Below, one piece after another: positions 28,672-39,597 of a stretch of DNA of 64,000 nucleotides. The DNA comes from an uncultured archaeon. GTDB lineage: Archaea > Thermoplasmatota > Thermoplasmata > Thermoplasmatales > Thermoplasmataceae. Positions within the stretch are counted from its first letter, which is position 1; every line of letters begins with the position of its first letter. Both the position numbers and the translations under genes were made by a program. The notes beneath the pieces were generated by a model. That model was not told the DNA's origin. It did no database searches and was given only the letters and a program-made list of their open reading frames with translations. The DNA is taken from NCBI GenBank assembly GCA_000965745.1, contig CP009479.1:448001-512000 (forward strand). The letters run 5' to 3'.

Positions 28672-29922
28672 CTAATACAGTCCCCTAAGTTTCATGGCGT
28701 CGGCTACTCTCTTGACGGAGACGACATATGCTGCGGTTCTTGGTTCAACCTTGTACTGGTCAACGGCGGAGAACACTGCCTTGCTTGCTTCAGTCATCTT
28801 CTTGTCAAGCTTCTTGTGCACCTCCTCCTCTTCCCAGTAGTCTCCGGTCTGGTTCTGCACCCACTCGTAGTAGGATACTGTCACACCACCGGCGTTTGCA
28901 AGGAAGTCCGGAACAAGAAGCACTTTGTTCTTGTGAAGAATATCATCGGCTTCAGGAGTTGTCGGGCCGTTTGCCAGCTCGAGCACGACCTTTGCCTTGA
29001 CGTTTGCCGCATTCCGTGAAGTAAGCTGGTTCTCTATTGCAGCCGGGATCAGGACATCCACATCGAGTTCAAGAAGCTCCTCATTGGTTATCGGTTTTGA
29101 TCCGGGATATCCCTGAACGGTTCCCTTGCTCTTCTTCTGCTCCATGAGTTTATCGAAGTCGAGCCCGTCTTCAAGATATGCGCCACCCCTGGTATCGGAA
29201 ACCGCGACTACCCTGGAGCCGTAGAGTTCCTTTACAAGCTTTACAGCGAACTGGCCGGCATTGCCAAATCCCTGTATTGCAACCTTTGCCTTGGAGAGAT
29301 CCATTCCCGTTCTCTTTGCTGCTTCCCTGAGGACATACATCCCCCCTCTTGCAGTGGCATCTCCTCTTCCGAGGGATCCGCCGTTTTCAATAGGTTTCCC
29401 GGTAATAACCCCGGGAGCGGAATGCCTGACTATGTTCTCATACTCGTCCATCATCCAGGCCATTATCTGTGGAGTAGTGTATACATCAGGAGCAGGAACA
29501 TCCTTCTCGGGGCCTATAAGGTCTGCCACTGCTTTTATGTAACCTCTGCTCAGCCTTTCAAGCTCGCCCGTGCTCATTTTCCTGGGATCGCATATTACTC
29601 CGCCTTTTCCCCCTCCGAGGGGTATGTCAACGACTGCGGTCTTCCAGGTCATCCACGCGGCGAGTGCCTTTACTGTGGACAGTGATTCTTCCGGGTGGAA
29701 CCTTATGCCACCTTTTGCAGGTCCTCTGGCGTTGTTGTATCTAACCCTGAACCCAGTGAAAACCTCGGTTTTTCCATTATCCATCCTTACGGGTATACTA
29801 ACCTGCAGAATTTTCATTGGCTGGCTCAGAAGCTTCAGCGCTTGCTCGTCTAGCTTCATAACCTTGGCGGCTTTGTTAAGCTGTTGCAAGGCTATATCAA
29901 ATGGGTCTAGGTCTTCTGCCAT
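28672..29922 (-). CDS. gdhA: Glutamate dehydrogenase
   Basis: [48 protein letters not shown]; AGGTGA RBS before the ATG at 29922. Confidence 0.96.
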   Translation of the reverse strand: MAEDLDPFDIALQQLNKAAKVMKLDEQALKLLSQPMKILQVSIPVRMDNGKTEVFTGFRVRYNNARGPAKGGIRFHPEESLSTVKALAAWMTWKTAVVDIPLGGGKGGVICDPRKMSTGELERLSRGYIKAVADLIGPEKDVPAPDVYTTPQIMAWMMDEYENIVRHSAPGVITGKPIENGGSLGRGDATARGGMYVLREAAKRTGMDLSKAKVAIQGFGNAGQFAVKLVKELYGSRVVAVSDTRGGAYLEDGLDFDKLMEQKKSKGTVQGYPGSKPITNEELLELDVDVLIPAAIENQLTSRNAANVKAKVVLELANGPTTPEADDILHKNKVLLVPDFLANAGGVTVSYYEWVQNQTGDYWEEEEVHKKLDKKMTEASKAVFSAVDQYKVEPRTAAYVVSVKRVADAMKLRGLY

Positions 29923-30075
29923 CTTTTCACCTGATGTCTTTAAAAAAAGACGGTCATTAATCACTTTCACGTATTTTATGGTTCTTTGATACTGTTTAAG
30001 CTATTTCGGTATGAGACGGTGTGGCAGGCAGACGAGACAGTATTTAAGCCACTGCGGCATTTTCAATGCGCAGAC

Positions 30076-30294
30076 ATGATGATCGAGGTGAAGGTGAACT
30101 TTGGAAAAAGCCCGCCTGTTGCCACAGATGACGGCCTGATAATATACACAACCGCAAAAAGGGAAAACAACAGGGCAAATCTGGACATAATAGGGCAGAT
30201 TGCTGACTATTACAGTATAGATACTTCTCGGATCAGGCTGGTCCGCGGAAGAACTTCAAGGAAGAAGACTTTCTCTGTTGAGATCGAAGAGTAG
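30076..30294 (+). CDS. DUF167/YggU family protein
   Basis: IEVKV...ENNRAN...IRLVRGRTSRKK pattern. Confidence 0.8.
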   Translation: MMIEVKVNFGKSPPVATDDGLIIYTTAKRENNRANLDIIGQIADYYSIDTSRIRLVRGRTSRKKTFSVEIEE

Positions 30295-30298
30295 GATT

Positions 30299-30751
30299 TC
30301 AGATCTCTGGTTCATCGGTGAGGTTAAGAAACAGCTTGTTCAGGAGAAGCTTGAACTGCACCTGCTCCTCGATGCTGAATTTTCCGAGGGTCCTTCGCAC
30401 AAACTCCAGGTGCAGACCCCTGGCGTCATGGATCGTATCGAGCCCCTTTTCTCCAACCTCAATCTTTATGATCCTCCTGTCCTCATCACTTCTGGTTCTT
30501 CTGACCATCTCCTTTTTCTCGAGACGATCCACCATGCTCGTTATCCATCCCTGGGAGACGTCGATGGATGATGCGAGCCTGGCCATTGGCGTGGGGCCAT
30601 GCTCCTGCAGATAAGTCATCATCCTGTACTCAGGTATCGATATGTCGAGGAGGGAGATGTTCTCCTCCGCTTTCCTGTACCACTTCTTCCAGGTGGTGGC
30701 AAACATCCTCCACAGCTCAACGAGGTTGTCCCCCTGTATCTCCTCAGTCAA
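30299..30751 (-). CDS. MarR family transcriptional regulator (probable TTG start overlapping the MFS stop)
   Basis: [33 protein letters not shown]...G wHTH motif. Confidence 0.9.
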   Translation of the reverse strand: MTEEIQGDNLVELWRMFATTWKKWYRKAEENISLLDISIPEYRMMTYLQEHGPTPMARLASSIDVSQGWITSMVDRLEKKEMVRRTRSDEDRRIIKIEVGEKGLDTIHDARGLHLEFVRRTLGKFSIEEQVQFKLLLNKLFLNLTDEPEI

Positions 30752-32555
30752 CCGTATCACTTCCTGAAGTTCTTTCACCTTCTCTTGTTGCCTCTTCTTC
30801 TGATCCTTCGGGGCTGTGCACGTATTCACCAGCTTTCAGGCGTTCAACTTCACCGTCATCTTTCTCATTACCCTGCGGAGTCACAACGTCCTCGTGGATG
30901 TAAATCCCTCCTCTCATGTAGGACGTTGCGGCCGCAATTCCGGCCAGAAGCATGCCGATAAAGAAAGCGATGTGAAGTGCGCTCATGAATGCGGGGGCTA
31001 TTGCGTGGGGGAACCATGTCTTGCTTGTAAGGAGCGTTAAGGTAGAAGAGCTGATATGTGAAGCCACTGCGGGGCTTAGGCTGCCAATTATCGTGCTGAC
31101 GGGGTTGATTCCAAGGAAAGCAGAAAACATTGCTGCCGTAGGCGGAATATTGTTGAAGTACTTCGTGAGCTCTGGAGCGCCCGCATTTGTCAGTGAAGTG
31201 GAAAATGCGCTTGGAAGCCCTGAAGATAGCGCAACAATGACCACTGTAAAGAACAGGCCTATACTTACCGTCATTCCTGCATTCATCAGAGTCGCCCTCA
31301 TCCCGGATGATGCCCCCCTTGTCTCGGCTGGAACAGAGTTCATGATAGCTGCTGCATTGGGAGCTGCAAACATGCCGTTTCCTACACCCATTGTGAAAAG
31401 CATTATTGCGAACCATGGGTAATAGAACAGATATGGAAGCGTTGTCAGTGCGTAGAATGAGCCAAGGACTATAACCATTCCAACGGTTGCCAGGAATTTT
31501 GCCCCGTACTTGTCTGAAAGCTTTCCCCCAATGGGGCTCATGAGCATGAATCCTGCCGTGAGCGGCACCATGTAAATGCCCGCCCAGAATGGGGTCACTG
31601 CAAAGTCGTATCCCTTAAGCGGCAGGTATATCCCCTGAAGCAGGATGATAAGCATGATCATTACTCCCCCTCTTGCCATGGCGGAGAGAAGCCCTGCTAT
31701 ATTTCCCATTGAAAAAGCCCTTATCCGGAACAGGGACATCCGGAACATCGGGAATTTCACTTTCATCTCCACGAACGGAAACGCGATCATTGAAGCCGCC
31801 CCTATTGCGAATGACGCCAACACAAGGGGGTTCTGCCAGCCCATGGTGGAATTTCCGTATGGGAGAAGCCCGTATATTATCCCAACCAGGATAAGCGTCA
31901 GTCCGCCGGCGAAAAGGACGTTGCCTATGTAATCAATCTTCTGGGTCCTGTCCCTCTTTGAGGTGTCTTTAAGCTTCAGGTAGGACCATACTGTTCCCAG
32001 TGCCCCCACGGGAACGCTCACCAGAAATACGTATCTCCAGTCGTAAACTGCCAGTACGCCTCCAAGGATGATTCCGATGAAGGAGCCGCCTATGGCTGCA
32101 ATTGAGTTGATCCCGAGTGCGGTTCCACGCTCCCTGCTCGGAAAGGCATCCGTGAGGATTGCTGCACTGTTTGAGAAAAGGAATGCTGCCCCGAATCCCT
32201 GTATGAGCCTTCCGACTATCATGTACTGTGCCGCGGGTGGACCCTGCCACGGGGTGAAGTAAAGCATTATTGACCCGGCTGTAAATATGGCAAATCCCAT
32301 GTTGAAAAGCTTGATTCTCCCGAACATGTCGGACAACCGCCCGAAAGTGAGCAGCAGTGTTGCCGTCACTATGTTGAAGCCCAGCAGTATCCAGAGAAGG
32401 TACTGGAAGTTCCCGGCAACGAAAGGGTTCAGTCCGATGCCCCTGAATATATCAGGAAGTGCGATCAGAAGTATCGTCTGATTTATGGTAGCCATGAATA
32501 CACCCATTGTAGTGTTTGAAAGCGCTACCCATTTGTAATGTACCATTATTATCAC
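30744..32555 (-). CDS. MFS transporter, DHA2 (EmrB/QacA-like)
   Basis: GRLSDMFGR motif [26 protein letters not shown]; about 14 TM segments. Confidence 0.92.
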   Translation of the reverse strand: MIIMVHYKWVALSNTTMGVFMATINQTILLIALPDIFRGIGLNPFVAGNFQYLLWILLGFNIVTATLLLTFGRLSDMFGRIKLFNMGFAIFTAGSIMLYFTPWQGPPAAQYMIVGRLIQGFGAAFLFSNSAAILTDAFPSRERGTALGINSIAAIGGSFIGIILGGVLAVYDWRYVFLVSVPVGALGTVWSYLKLKDTSKRDRTQKIDYIGNVLFAGGLTLILVGIIYGLLPYGNSTMGWQNPLVLASFAIGAASMIAFPFVEMKVKFPMFRMSLFRIRAFSMGNIAGLLSAMARGGVMIMLIILLQGIYLPLKGYDFAVTPFWAGIYMVPLTAGFMLMSPIGGKLSDKYGAKFLATVGMVIVLGSFYALTTLPYLFYYPWFAIMLFTMGVGNGMFAAPNAAAIMNSVPAETRGASSGMRATLMNAGMTVSIGLFFTVVIVALSSGLPSAFSTSLTNAGAPELTKYFNNIPPTAAMFSAFLGINPVSTIIGSLSPAVASHISSSTLTLLTSKTWFPHAIAPAFMSALHIAFFIGMLLAGIAAATSYMRGGIYIHEDVVTPQGNEKDDGEVERLKAGEYVHSPEGSEEEATREGERTSGSDTVD

Positions 32556-32802
32556 ACGGTAATTTAATACTCTTATAAAATGTTTATTAGTAAAGTAATT
32601 TCAAGGCGTTCTTTATTTCAGGGCTTTGATGAGGAATTTTCAGTGTATCTTTGGGGCCCATGTTTTTCGCGTCTAGATATACCCATGGTCAATGGAATGC
32701 TCTGCGGGCATACTGGATGCCAGATGCGAAACAAATTCATGCACAATGATAAATGACAAAGAAAATTACTAGCTTACGCAATCATATGATGAGTGAAAAT
32801 AG

Positions 32803-33795
32803 ATGGATGTTATAGGCATTGATCTTGGCTATGGGGAGACCAAGGTTATCTGTCCGGATGGTTCAAGGATCAAGTTTCCCTCGAGATGGAAAATGCATGA
32901 CAATGAGTCATGGGGGTTCGGAGGCATGGTCTCCGTACTTTCCCTTGACGGTGGGCAGCGTTTTACTTTCGGAGACGCTGCAATTGGCGAAAATACAAGG
33001 GAACCACTCGGCGACGGAAGGCTCTCTGACAGGGACTCTCTGCCATTGCTGGCAGCTGCTTTGTGGAGCAGTGGCGTGGGAAAAGAGGGAGGATCCTCAA
33101 ATGTTGTGCTTGGCAGCGGGACACCGCTGGGAAGATTTCACCTTGAAGCTTCAGGTGCCAAAGCCACTCTCGCAAACAGAAGTTTCGTTATTGAAAGCAA
33201 AGACAACGAGTCCAGGGAAATCAAGATTTCACAGCTTGTTATGAGGCCACAGGGAGTAGGTGCTGCCCTGCATCTTCTCGACAGAGGGCTCATACATCAG
33301 GAGATAGGCTATGGCCTTATCATAGACATAGGATCAAGAACTACTGATGTTCTTACTGTAAATCTAACAGACATGGAGCCCGTTGTTGACATGTCTTTCA
33401 GCATGCAGGAAGGTGTAGGTAACGCGGTAGCGAGCATGAACCGCCTTATTGCCAGGGAGACTGGATACACTGCCCCTTCGGATGTTGCCCTTTCCGCACT
33501 GGTACGCGAGGTCGCTTACAGGCAGCGAGTTGTTGGAGGAGGGGAGAAGGCCAGGCCCATACTTGACGTTCTGGCAGGCAAGATAGTCGACAAGATCAGG
33601 ACCACCATGAGGGGAGAACTCGACCGGGTGACTGCACTCGTCCCCGTAGGCGGAGGATCACGACTTATTGGCGATGATCTGGAAATACTTGCCCCAGGGA
33701 CTCTTGTTGAAGTCGAGGAGGAAGACAAGCAGTTTGCAAACGCCCTGGGGTATTATGATGCTGCAAAAAGGTCTATGAATACAGCATATTCATGA
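32803..33795 (+). CDS. ParM/StbA-like archaeal actin (Ta0583 homologue)
   Basis: Phosphate 1 GIDLGYGETK, connect 1 RPQGVGA, phosphate 2 IIDIGSRTTD, adenosine VGGGS, connect 2 QFANALGY; closely resembles my recollection of T. acidophilum Ta0583. Confidence 0.9.
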   Translation: MDVIGIDLGYGETKVICPDGSRIKFPSRWKMHDNESWGFGGMVSVLSLDGGQRFTFGDAAIGENTREPLGDGRLSDRDSLPLLAAALWSSGVGKEGGSSNVVLGSGTPLGRFHLEASGAKATLANRSFVIESKDNESREIKISQLVMRPQGVGAALHLLDRGLIHQEIGYGLIIDIGSRTTDVLTVNLTDMEPVVDMSFSMQEGVGNAVASMNRLIARETGYTAPSDVALSALVREVAYRQRVVGGGEKARPILDVLAGKIVDKIRTTMRGELDRVTALVPVGGGSRLIGDDLEILAPGTLVEVEEEDKQFANALGYYDAAKRSMNTAYS

Positions 33796-33816
33796 GAGTA
33801 GAGACGATGGGATTCC

Positions 33817-34182
33817 ATGGGGTTAACAGAAGAGGGGGGAAACGAGGACTTTGAGTATTCGGGCGATTCAACCAGGGAAATAGTTGTACCACTTAACAGC
33901 CTGGAACTTGCCTCTCTCAGGCTGAAGCTCCAGGATGGGGAATCCGAAGTAGCCGGAATCAGAAGGATTATTTCCGAGTCCTTTGAAAGAGATGCCATAG
34001 AGAGCGCCCTTTCGAAATTCATAGAGATTCTGGAGAAGCTTATAGCTCTAGAGAAGAAGCTTAACCGGCTCGGCATCGACAGCGATGAGGAATCCGCAGA
34101 AAAGGTGAAGGAACTTACAGCTTCAGTGATGAGTGTTTCGTCCCTGAAGAAAAAACTGGAGAGGAAGTGGAGATCAATCTGA
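33817..34182 (+). CDS. Small acidic, helical/coiled-coil protein downstream of the actin gene
   Basis: 121 aa, 21 nt after the actin stop, same strand; heptad-like LEKLIALEKKLNRL; basic C-terminus. Confidence 0.7.
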   Translation: MGLTEEGGNEDFEYSGDSTREIVVPLNSLELASLRLKLQDGESEVAGIRRIISESFERDAIESALSKFIEILEKLIALEKKLNRLGIDSDEESAEKVKELTASVMSVSSLKKKLERKWRSI

Positions 34183-34196
34183 TCGCCTTAATGACT

Positions 34197-35051
34197 TCAT
34201 CCTAAACAACTTCCCGCCAGGCTTTCCATTGTAAGGAATACTGTATCATCTCTTTTCAGTATATGATTCACAGTATTTTCCAGTGCTTCCATCCTGTGGC
34301 CCCTTCCAATAACATGGGGATGAGTTGTAAGTGTGTACACTCCCGTATCCATGTGTTTGGTCATGTAATCAAAATCAGCTATCCAGTTCCTCTGTACAGA
34401 TCCTGCCTCTCTCAAGCCCATGCCCGGTGCCTCATCATCGAACTCAAAGACAGGATAATCCTCAAGAGACCAGCTTATGGGTATCTCAATCATTCTGGTG
34501 TTCTTGCCGAACTTGAATCCTCCATCCTCATCGGGAACATCACCTGTTCTCACATAATATGGAAGGTAATCATGTGCCATCAGGCTGCTGTCGTAAACGA
34601 ACCCCTTTTCAAGAATAAGGTCAAGCGTGTTTGCACTCAGGTCCCAGGAAGGTGATCTGTAACCCCTGGCCTTCTTTCCCGAAACCTTCTCTATTATGCT
34701 GTTCGCCTTGTCTATGATTTCATTCTCCCTGTCCCTTTCAAGCTCCACCGGAGTTTCATGGAGGTAATTGTGGTGGGCTATCTCATGGCCCTTGGAATGT
34801 ATCTCCTTCACAGTATCCTCATAGGACTCGATCGTGTATCCCGGGATGAACCAGGTGGAAGGCAGATCATGGGTGGAAAGCATGTCCAGAATCCTGTGTG
34901 CCCCTACTTCGCCAAACTCGCCCCGTGATATGAGGGTGGGAGAATAATGCTTCATTCTTCCTATCCTGAAGCTGAAGGTGTCGAAATCAAAGGTCAGGCA
35001 TACTGCATACTTCTTTCCCTGAGGGAGCTTCGGTTTTATTGTCGTGATCAT
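34197..35051 (-). CDS. Polysaccharide deacetylase family protein (CE4, PuuE/HpPgdA-like)
   Basis: LTFDFD, TWFIPG, HEIAHHNYLHE, GYRSPSW, YDSS, HPHVIGR. Confidence 0.9.
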   Translation of the reverse strand: MITTIKPKLPQGKKYAVCLTFDFDTFSFRIGRMKHYSPTLISRGEFGEVGAHRILDMLSTHDLPSTWFIPGYTIESYEDTVKEIHSKGHEIAHHNYLHETPVELERDRENEIIDKANSIIEKVSGKKARGYRSPSWDLSANTLDLILEKGFVYDSSLMAHDYLPYYVRTGDVPDEDGGFKFGKNTRMIEIPISWSLEDYPVFEFDDEAPGMGLREAGSVQRNWIADFDYMTKHMDTGVYTLTTHPHVIGRGHRMEALENTVNHILKRDDTVFLTMESLAGSCLG

Positions 35052-35130
35052 GGATATATATTCCGGGAGCCCATTATTAAGATTTCCAGAATTCTTTCAT
35101 ATTGGCTGAAAATATGAGTAATAGGATGTT

Positions 35131-36420
35131 TCAGTGGTAATTTTTGACACGCGATATGAAGGGAACGATCATTTCATCCCTGCTCAGGCCGCCGTGTACA
35201 CCCACGAGCGATGAAATGTCCATCCCGGGGTCAAGAATATTGAGGCGTGAGTCGATCATTCCGGTCCTCCCCCTGGGCAGGAGAACAATGCCCCCAAACC
35301 TGTCCCTTGAATCGTAATTCCGATCAGAATTTCCGAAATAACCCTTCTTCAGCATATCATGCCCATACCTGACAAGGAACTCGCCCCCGTACCTGTACTG
35401 AACATATTCAAAGGCGTCCTGAAGTAGGCCGGGCTTTATTCTGAGAAATGGTGCCCTCATATCACCCACCACAGGCGTTCTCATGTATGAGGCAAGCCTT
35501 TCATCAGATGCCGCGTCCTTCACCGATTCTATGGGAACAGTGGTATGCCCGTGATCTGCCGAAATCATGACCCCCAGAGATCCATTTATCCTGAGTTTTC
35601 CAGTCAATTCCTTTTCAATAAGATGGAATATGTTGTCCATGTCCACTGCGACTTCCTCAGAACCTGGGCCTATCCTGTGTGATATGGTGTCAATTGTGGA
35701 TATGTAGCAGAAGTGGATGCCGCCGGAGCCTGATGATTCTATGTTCTTGCGCAGAGCGGAAAACATCTGTGGAACAGAGTAGTAGCCAGTAATGTTAGCC
35801 CCTCTTCCGGTGATACGGGTCAGGCCGCTGTTCTTTATTGCTGATGGAAGGTACAGGTATGAATCCAGGGATTCCTTTCCGATTGCTGAATAGAGAGTTT
35901 CTCCTCCCAGCAGCCCTTCATCGGACCATCCATCGTCTAGAATTGATTTTCCCCTGTTTCCCAGAGGGGTGAGTGAAATCATGTTGCAGATGGCACCTAT
36001 CTCTGACATATATGCAGTATATCCGATTATGCCGTGCTGTACGGGCTCCCTGCAGGTCTGGACAGTTACAGTGGCTGTTGAAGTTGTTGATGGAAATACG
36101 CTCGTTATTGGGGTGTACGCCGATTCAGAAAGAAATTTCTCGACTTCTCCGGGGTGAAACCGTTCTATTGCGCCCCTCATGGTGCTGTGGCCGAAACCGT
36201 CGAGAAGGAAGAATACCAGATGATCCACCTGTTCGTATGTGCCCCTGAGTACTTCAGGCACATTCTGACCTCCACCTAGTCCGAGAGCATGCATGAATAC
36301 CTCTGGAAGGTCAGAGATCGAGCCTTTTCCAAAGGATGGCTTCACTATGTCATTTTCACTATCAGCAGAATACCTTTCCATAAGGGTTTCCAGATCACTG
36401 TCCGTATACTGGGAGATCAT
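35131..36420 (-). CDS. Alkaline phosphatase superfamily protein (nucleotide pyrophosphatase/phosphodiesterase-like)
   Basis: LLDGFG, SVFPSTT, HGIIG, DTISH..GP, SADHGH, HGGLS.DEM.VP; ATGA overlap with the HAD gene. Confidence 0.88.
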   Translation of the reverse strand: MISQYTDSDLETLMERYSADSENDIVKPSFGKGSISDLPEVFMHALGLGGGQNVPEVLRGTYEQVDHLVFFLLDGFGHSTMRGAIERFHPGEVEKFLSESAYTPITSVFPSTTSTATVTVQTCREPVQHGIIGYTAYMSEIGAICNMISLTPLGNRGKSILDDGWSDEGLLGGETLYSAIGKESLDSYLYLPSAIKNSGLTRITGRGANITGYYSVPQMFSALRKNIESSGSGGIHFCYISTIDTISHRIGPGSEEVAVDMDNIFHLIEKELTGKLRINGSLGVMISADHGHTTVPIESVKDAASDERLASYMRTPVVGDMRAPFLRIKPGLLQDAFEYVQYRYGGEFLVRYGHDMLKKGYFGNSDRNYDSRDRFGGIVLLPRGRTGMIDSRLNILDPGMDISSLVGVHGGLSRDEMIVPFISRVKNYH

Positions 36421-37178
36421 CCTACCATTGCCTCTTCCACAATCTGGCAATTTCTCCAATGTCGTATGCCCACTGAACATTCGAACAAAGATGGCACTCC
36501 GGAACCACTGCTGTTTATCCAGATAGGGGTTATGCCGGAGTTTATTGCGCCCGCGACATCATATTTCCAAGAGTCACCGATCATGATGGTATTGTCTCTT
36601 TTCGCCCCAGTCATCTCAAGGGCTTTCTCAAACATGGCCGCACCGGGCTTCAGCTCTCCCGAGTTAGATGGAATCAGCATTGTATCAATATAATCTCCGA
36701 TTCCGGTCTCAATCAGAGTGCGTTCCTGTATCTCCCTGTTTCCGTTTGATATGGCCACAACAGGGATGCCCACGCTTTCGCAAAGCTCAAGGAACTCAAT
36801 TGCTCCTGTTGAAGGCCTCCTGTTGCTCCAGAACACGTGCTGGAACAGTTCATCATAGAATGAGAGTTCAAATTTTTCAGCCCTCTTCCCGTACCGCCTA
36901 AGCACCGCATCAAGCCTTAATAAGCGTTCTTTCTCGACTGTGATTTCATTGTCAAATATTTTTGGGAGATTGTCCCGCAGTATTCCGTGAAAATCGGCTT
37001 CAAGGGTGTCAATTCCAACTTTTCTGATGCCCGGCACCAGCTTTGCTATTTCCTGAAGGCCAAGCCTGCACGGAATCCTGTAATCAACAAGCGTATCATC
37101 AAGATCTACGAATAAGGCATCAAGGGTCTTAAAATCGAATCCGGGAATCAGCCCTGGAGTGACCTGCTCGAAATTCAT
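36417..37178 (-). CDS. HAD-IA family hydrolase
   Basis: DLDDTL motif I, ISNG, KP, MIGDSWKYDV motif IV. Confidence 0.9.
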   Translation of the reverse strand: MNFEQVTPGLIPGFDFKTLDALFVDLDDTLVDYRIPCRLGLQEIAKLVPGIRKVGIDTLEADFHGILRDNLPKIFDNEITVEKERLLRLDAVLRRYGKRAEKFELSFYDELFQHVFWSNRRPSTGAIEFLELCESVGIPVVAISNGNREIQERTLIETGIGDYIDTMLIPSNSGELKPGAAMFEKALEMTGAKRDNTIMIGDSWKYDVAGAINSGITPIWINSSGSGVPSLFECSVGIRHWRNCQIVEEAMVG

Positions 37179-37255
37179 TGGAACATCATCGTCTAAGGTG
37201 GATTTTAACTTGGCCTATATAGTAAATATATCATACAGACCCATCTATATACGTT

Positions 37256-37270
37256 TGTATTTTATATACA
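37256..37270. promoter_or_regulatory. Inverted repeat TGTAT-N5-ATACA overlapping a TATA-like element upstream of the ECF operon
   Basis: tgtattttatataca in the 134-nt gap between divergent genes; contains tttatata ~45 nt before the ATG at 37313. Confidence 0.35.
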
Positions 37271-37312
37271 GAACTTTCTTATTTCTATGTATTTTTTTCC
37301 CACCGAGACAAT

Positions 37313-38053
37313 ATGGGTTTCAACGGAATTGGTGGGTTCCTGAGTGCTCCCGGCATGATACCTTGGTACATAATGGTCCTTTATTTTGTTGGGGCAGCAG
37401 TTTTTGCTGTCTTTTACGGGCTTAACCATGGTGGAGCATCCAGGTTCAAAACAGTTGATTTTGTTTATATCGGAGTTGGGGCAGCTTTCACTGTTGTTTG
37501 GGAATTTTTTGTAGGGCCTTTCCTGAACAAGTTTGTGCCAGGCGGCGCAGTGCCATTCATAGATTTTGGCTTCTTCGGAAGAGTGCTTATACTCCTCATA
37601 GTAGCAGGAGTTGTAAGGAAGGTCGGAGTGGGAATGTTTTCAATGTTCATATTCAACATTCTCGGTGATATATTTCATTACGGGTTCAGTGGAGAGCCAA
37701 TGTATACGATTTACGAGACTCTCACATACGGGCTCCTCATTGACGTCGTAATTGCATTCACCAGGGGGCATCTCTTTGGAATAGGCATAGAGCAGGAGAA
37801 TGGAAGGCTGGCACAGCTTCAGCAGAATTACAGAGCCTTGGTTCCTGCAGTGACAGGTGCAATAATCGCTTTCCTATGGACAATACCTGACAATGTGATA
37901 TATGCAGGATTCTTCAGCCCCTTCCTCTATGGCGGAATTGTAAACTGGCAGAAAATAGCATTCAACTTTGGTGCAGCCCTGCCCGGAAACATAGTGTTCG
38001 GGGTGATAGCAGCTTTCATCGCGATAAGGGTGACAAGGGTGCTGGGCCAATGA
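37313..38053 (+). CDS. ECF transporter S component (substrate unknown, YkoE-like position)
   Basis: Hydrophobic, 6-7 TM, first gene before a double ATPase and a T component. Confidence 0.7.
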   Translation: MGFNGIGGFLSAPGMIPWYIMVLYFVGAAVFAVFYGLNHGGASRFKTVDFVYIGVGAAFTVVWEFFVGPFLNKFVPGGAVPFIDFGFFGRVLILLIVAGVVRKVGVGMFSMFIFNILGDIFHYGFSGEPMYTIYETLTYGLLIDVVIAFTRGHLFGIGIEQENGRLAQLQQNYRALVPAVTGAIIAFLWTIPDNVIYAGFFSPFLYGGIVNWQKIAFNFGAALPGNIVFGVIAAFIAIRVTRVLGQ

Positions 38054-39597
38054 AGGCTGTTGAAGTCAGTAACCTGAAATACAGCTATCTGGGCTCAAGA
38101 AACCATGCCATAAACATTCCCCATTTTTCTATTGATGAAGGAGAGTGCGTCCTGATCACTGGAAGGTCAGGATCCGGGAAATCAACGCTTATTCAGTGCA
38201 TAAATGGAATTATTCCGCATATCATAAATGGAAGCTACAGCGGAGAGGTAAAGATTTTCGGCAAATCGACCAGGGAAATGAGAGTTGCAGAGATTGCAGG
38301 GATGGTAGGGACACTCCTTCAGGACCCTGAAAGGCAGGTCATTAACTACAAGGTTGAGGAGGAGATCGCATTTGCTCCAGAAAACTTCAATATAGACAGA
38401 GAGGAAATTCTTAGGAGGATCGACAGCAGCATTGAAGCGGTGGGAATAGAGAACCTGAGGGGAAAAGAGACCGGCAAGCTCTCCGGAGGGGAGCTGCAAA
38501 GGGTGGCTCTTGCAGCTGTCCTTACCATGAACCCCAAGGTTCTGATACTTGATGAGCCCACATCAAACATCGACCCTGAAGGAACCGGGAAGATTTTCGA
38601 GTTCCTGACGAGGATCAAGGGAGAGAGGACTGCCATTATCGTGGAGCACAAGGTAGAGAGGGTGCTCCCCTTAGTTGATCGGATAGTGGTTGTAGACAAT
38701 GGGGGGATTGCCCTCAACATTCCAAAGGAAGATATATATGAGAATACTGGAAAACTCCTTGAAATGGGGATAGAGATGCCTGAACACCTTATTATTACCA
38801 ACAGGGACTGGGCAGCTGGACCCAAAGAGAAGAAACGGGCAGAAATAACTAATGTGTCCATGAAGGCTGATGTCTCTGTGCAATACAGGCAGGGCTTCTC
38901 ACTCAAGGCATCACTCGAGATTGGTGAGGGAACAATAACTGCTATAATGGGCAAGAACGGAGCAGGCAAGAGTTCACTGCTCAAGGGCCTTATAGGATTC
39001 ATTGACCAGGATCAGGGCGAGTTGTCAACGAAAATCAGTATTGACGGTAATGATTTCGTTGATCCTGACCTGAACACGAGAGGGCGTTTCATAGGATATC
39101 TGCCTCAGAGTTTTGACCTTATGCTGATAAACAAATCCGTGCAGAAGGAGATCAACTACTCCACTAAGGTCAGGAAACTCAAGGGAATGGAACCTCTTGT
39201 GGAACGCCTCGTGGATCTTTTCAGCCTGAAAGACTATCTGGGGTCGGACCCGCTAACCCTGAGCCAGGGGCAACGAAGGCGGGTTGCCATGGCATCGACC
39301 ATAGCAGGCGGCCCCAGGGTAATAATGATGGACGAGCCAACTTCGGGGCAGGATTATTTCCACAAAAGAAATCTTGGCCGTGAGTTGACTCTGCTTAAGT
39401 CCCGGGGATACAGCTTCCTCATCGTTACACATGACTCCCGTTTCGTGTATAATTATTCCGACAGGATCCTCCTCATGAATGAGGGGGAGGTAATCGTGGA
39501 AGGCACACCTGAACAGGTGTTTGCACAGTCAGAGAAATACGGAGTTATACTTCCTGAAGAGTTTCTTTTGAGGTGGAAAAATGAACTTCCTGCTTGA
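38050..39597 (+). CDS. ECF transporter duplicated ATPase
   Basis: Two NBDs: GRSGSGKS/LQDPERQ/LSGGE/LDEPT and GKNGAGKS/LSQGQ/MDEPT. Confidence 0.93.
   Translation: MKAVEVSNLKYSYLGSRNHAINIPHFSIDEGECVLITGRSGSGKSTLIQCINGIIPHIINGSYSGEVKIFGKSTREMRVAEIAGMVGTLLQDPERQVINYKVEEEIAFAPENFNIDREEILRRIDSSIEAVGIENLRGKETGKLSGGELQRVALAAVLTMNPKVLILDEPTSNIDPEGTGKIFEFLTRIKGERTAIIVEHKVERVLPLVDRIVVVDNGGIALNIPKEDIYENTGKLLEMGIEMPEHLIITNRDWAAGPKEKKRAEITNVSMKADVSVQYRQGFSLKASLEIGEGTITAIMGKNGAGKSSLLKGLIGFIDQDQGELSTKISIDGNDFVDPDLNTRGRFIGYLPQSFDLMLINKSVQKEINYSTKVRKLKGMEPLVERLVDLFSLKDYLGSDPLTLSQGQRRRVAMASTIAGGPRVIMMDEPTSGQDYFHKRNLGRELTLLKSRGYSFLIVTHDSRFVYNYSDRILLMNEGEVIVEGTPEQVFAQSEKYGVILPEEFLLRWKNELPA

Noticed and set aside
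32590-32650. TTTCA repeats as a parC-like centromere for the actin pair
   Set aside because: Only three short copies with irregular spacing in AT-rich promoter DNA.
37179-37312. TPP riboswitch upstream of the ECF operon
   Set aside because: No CTGAGA or ACCTGA...AGGGA core; the region is short and AT-rich.
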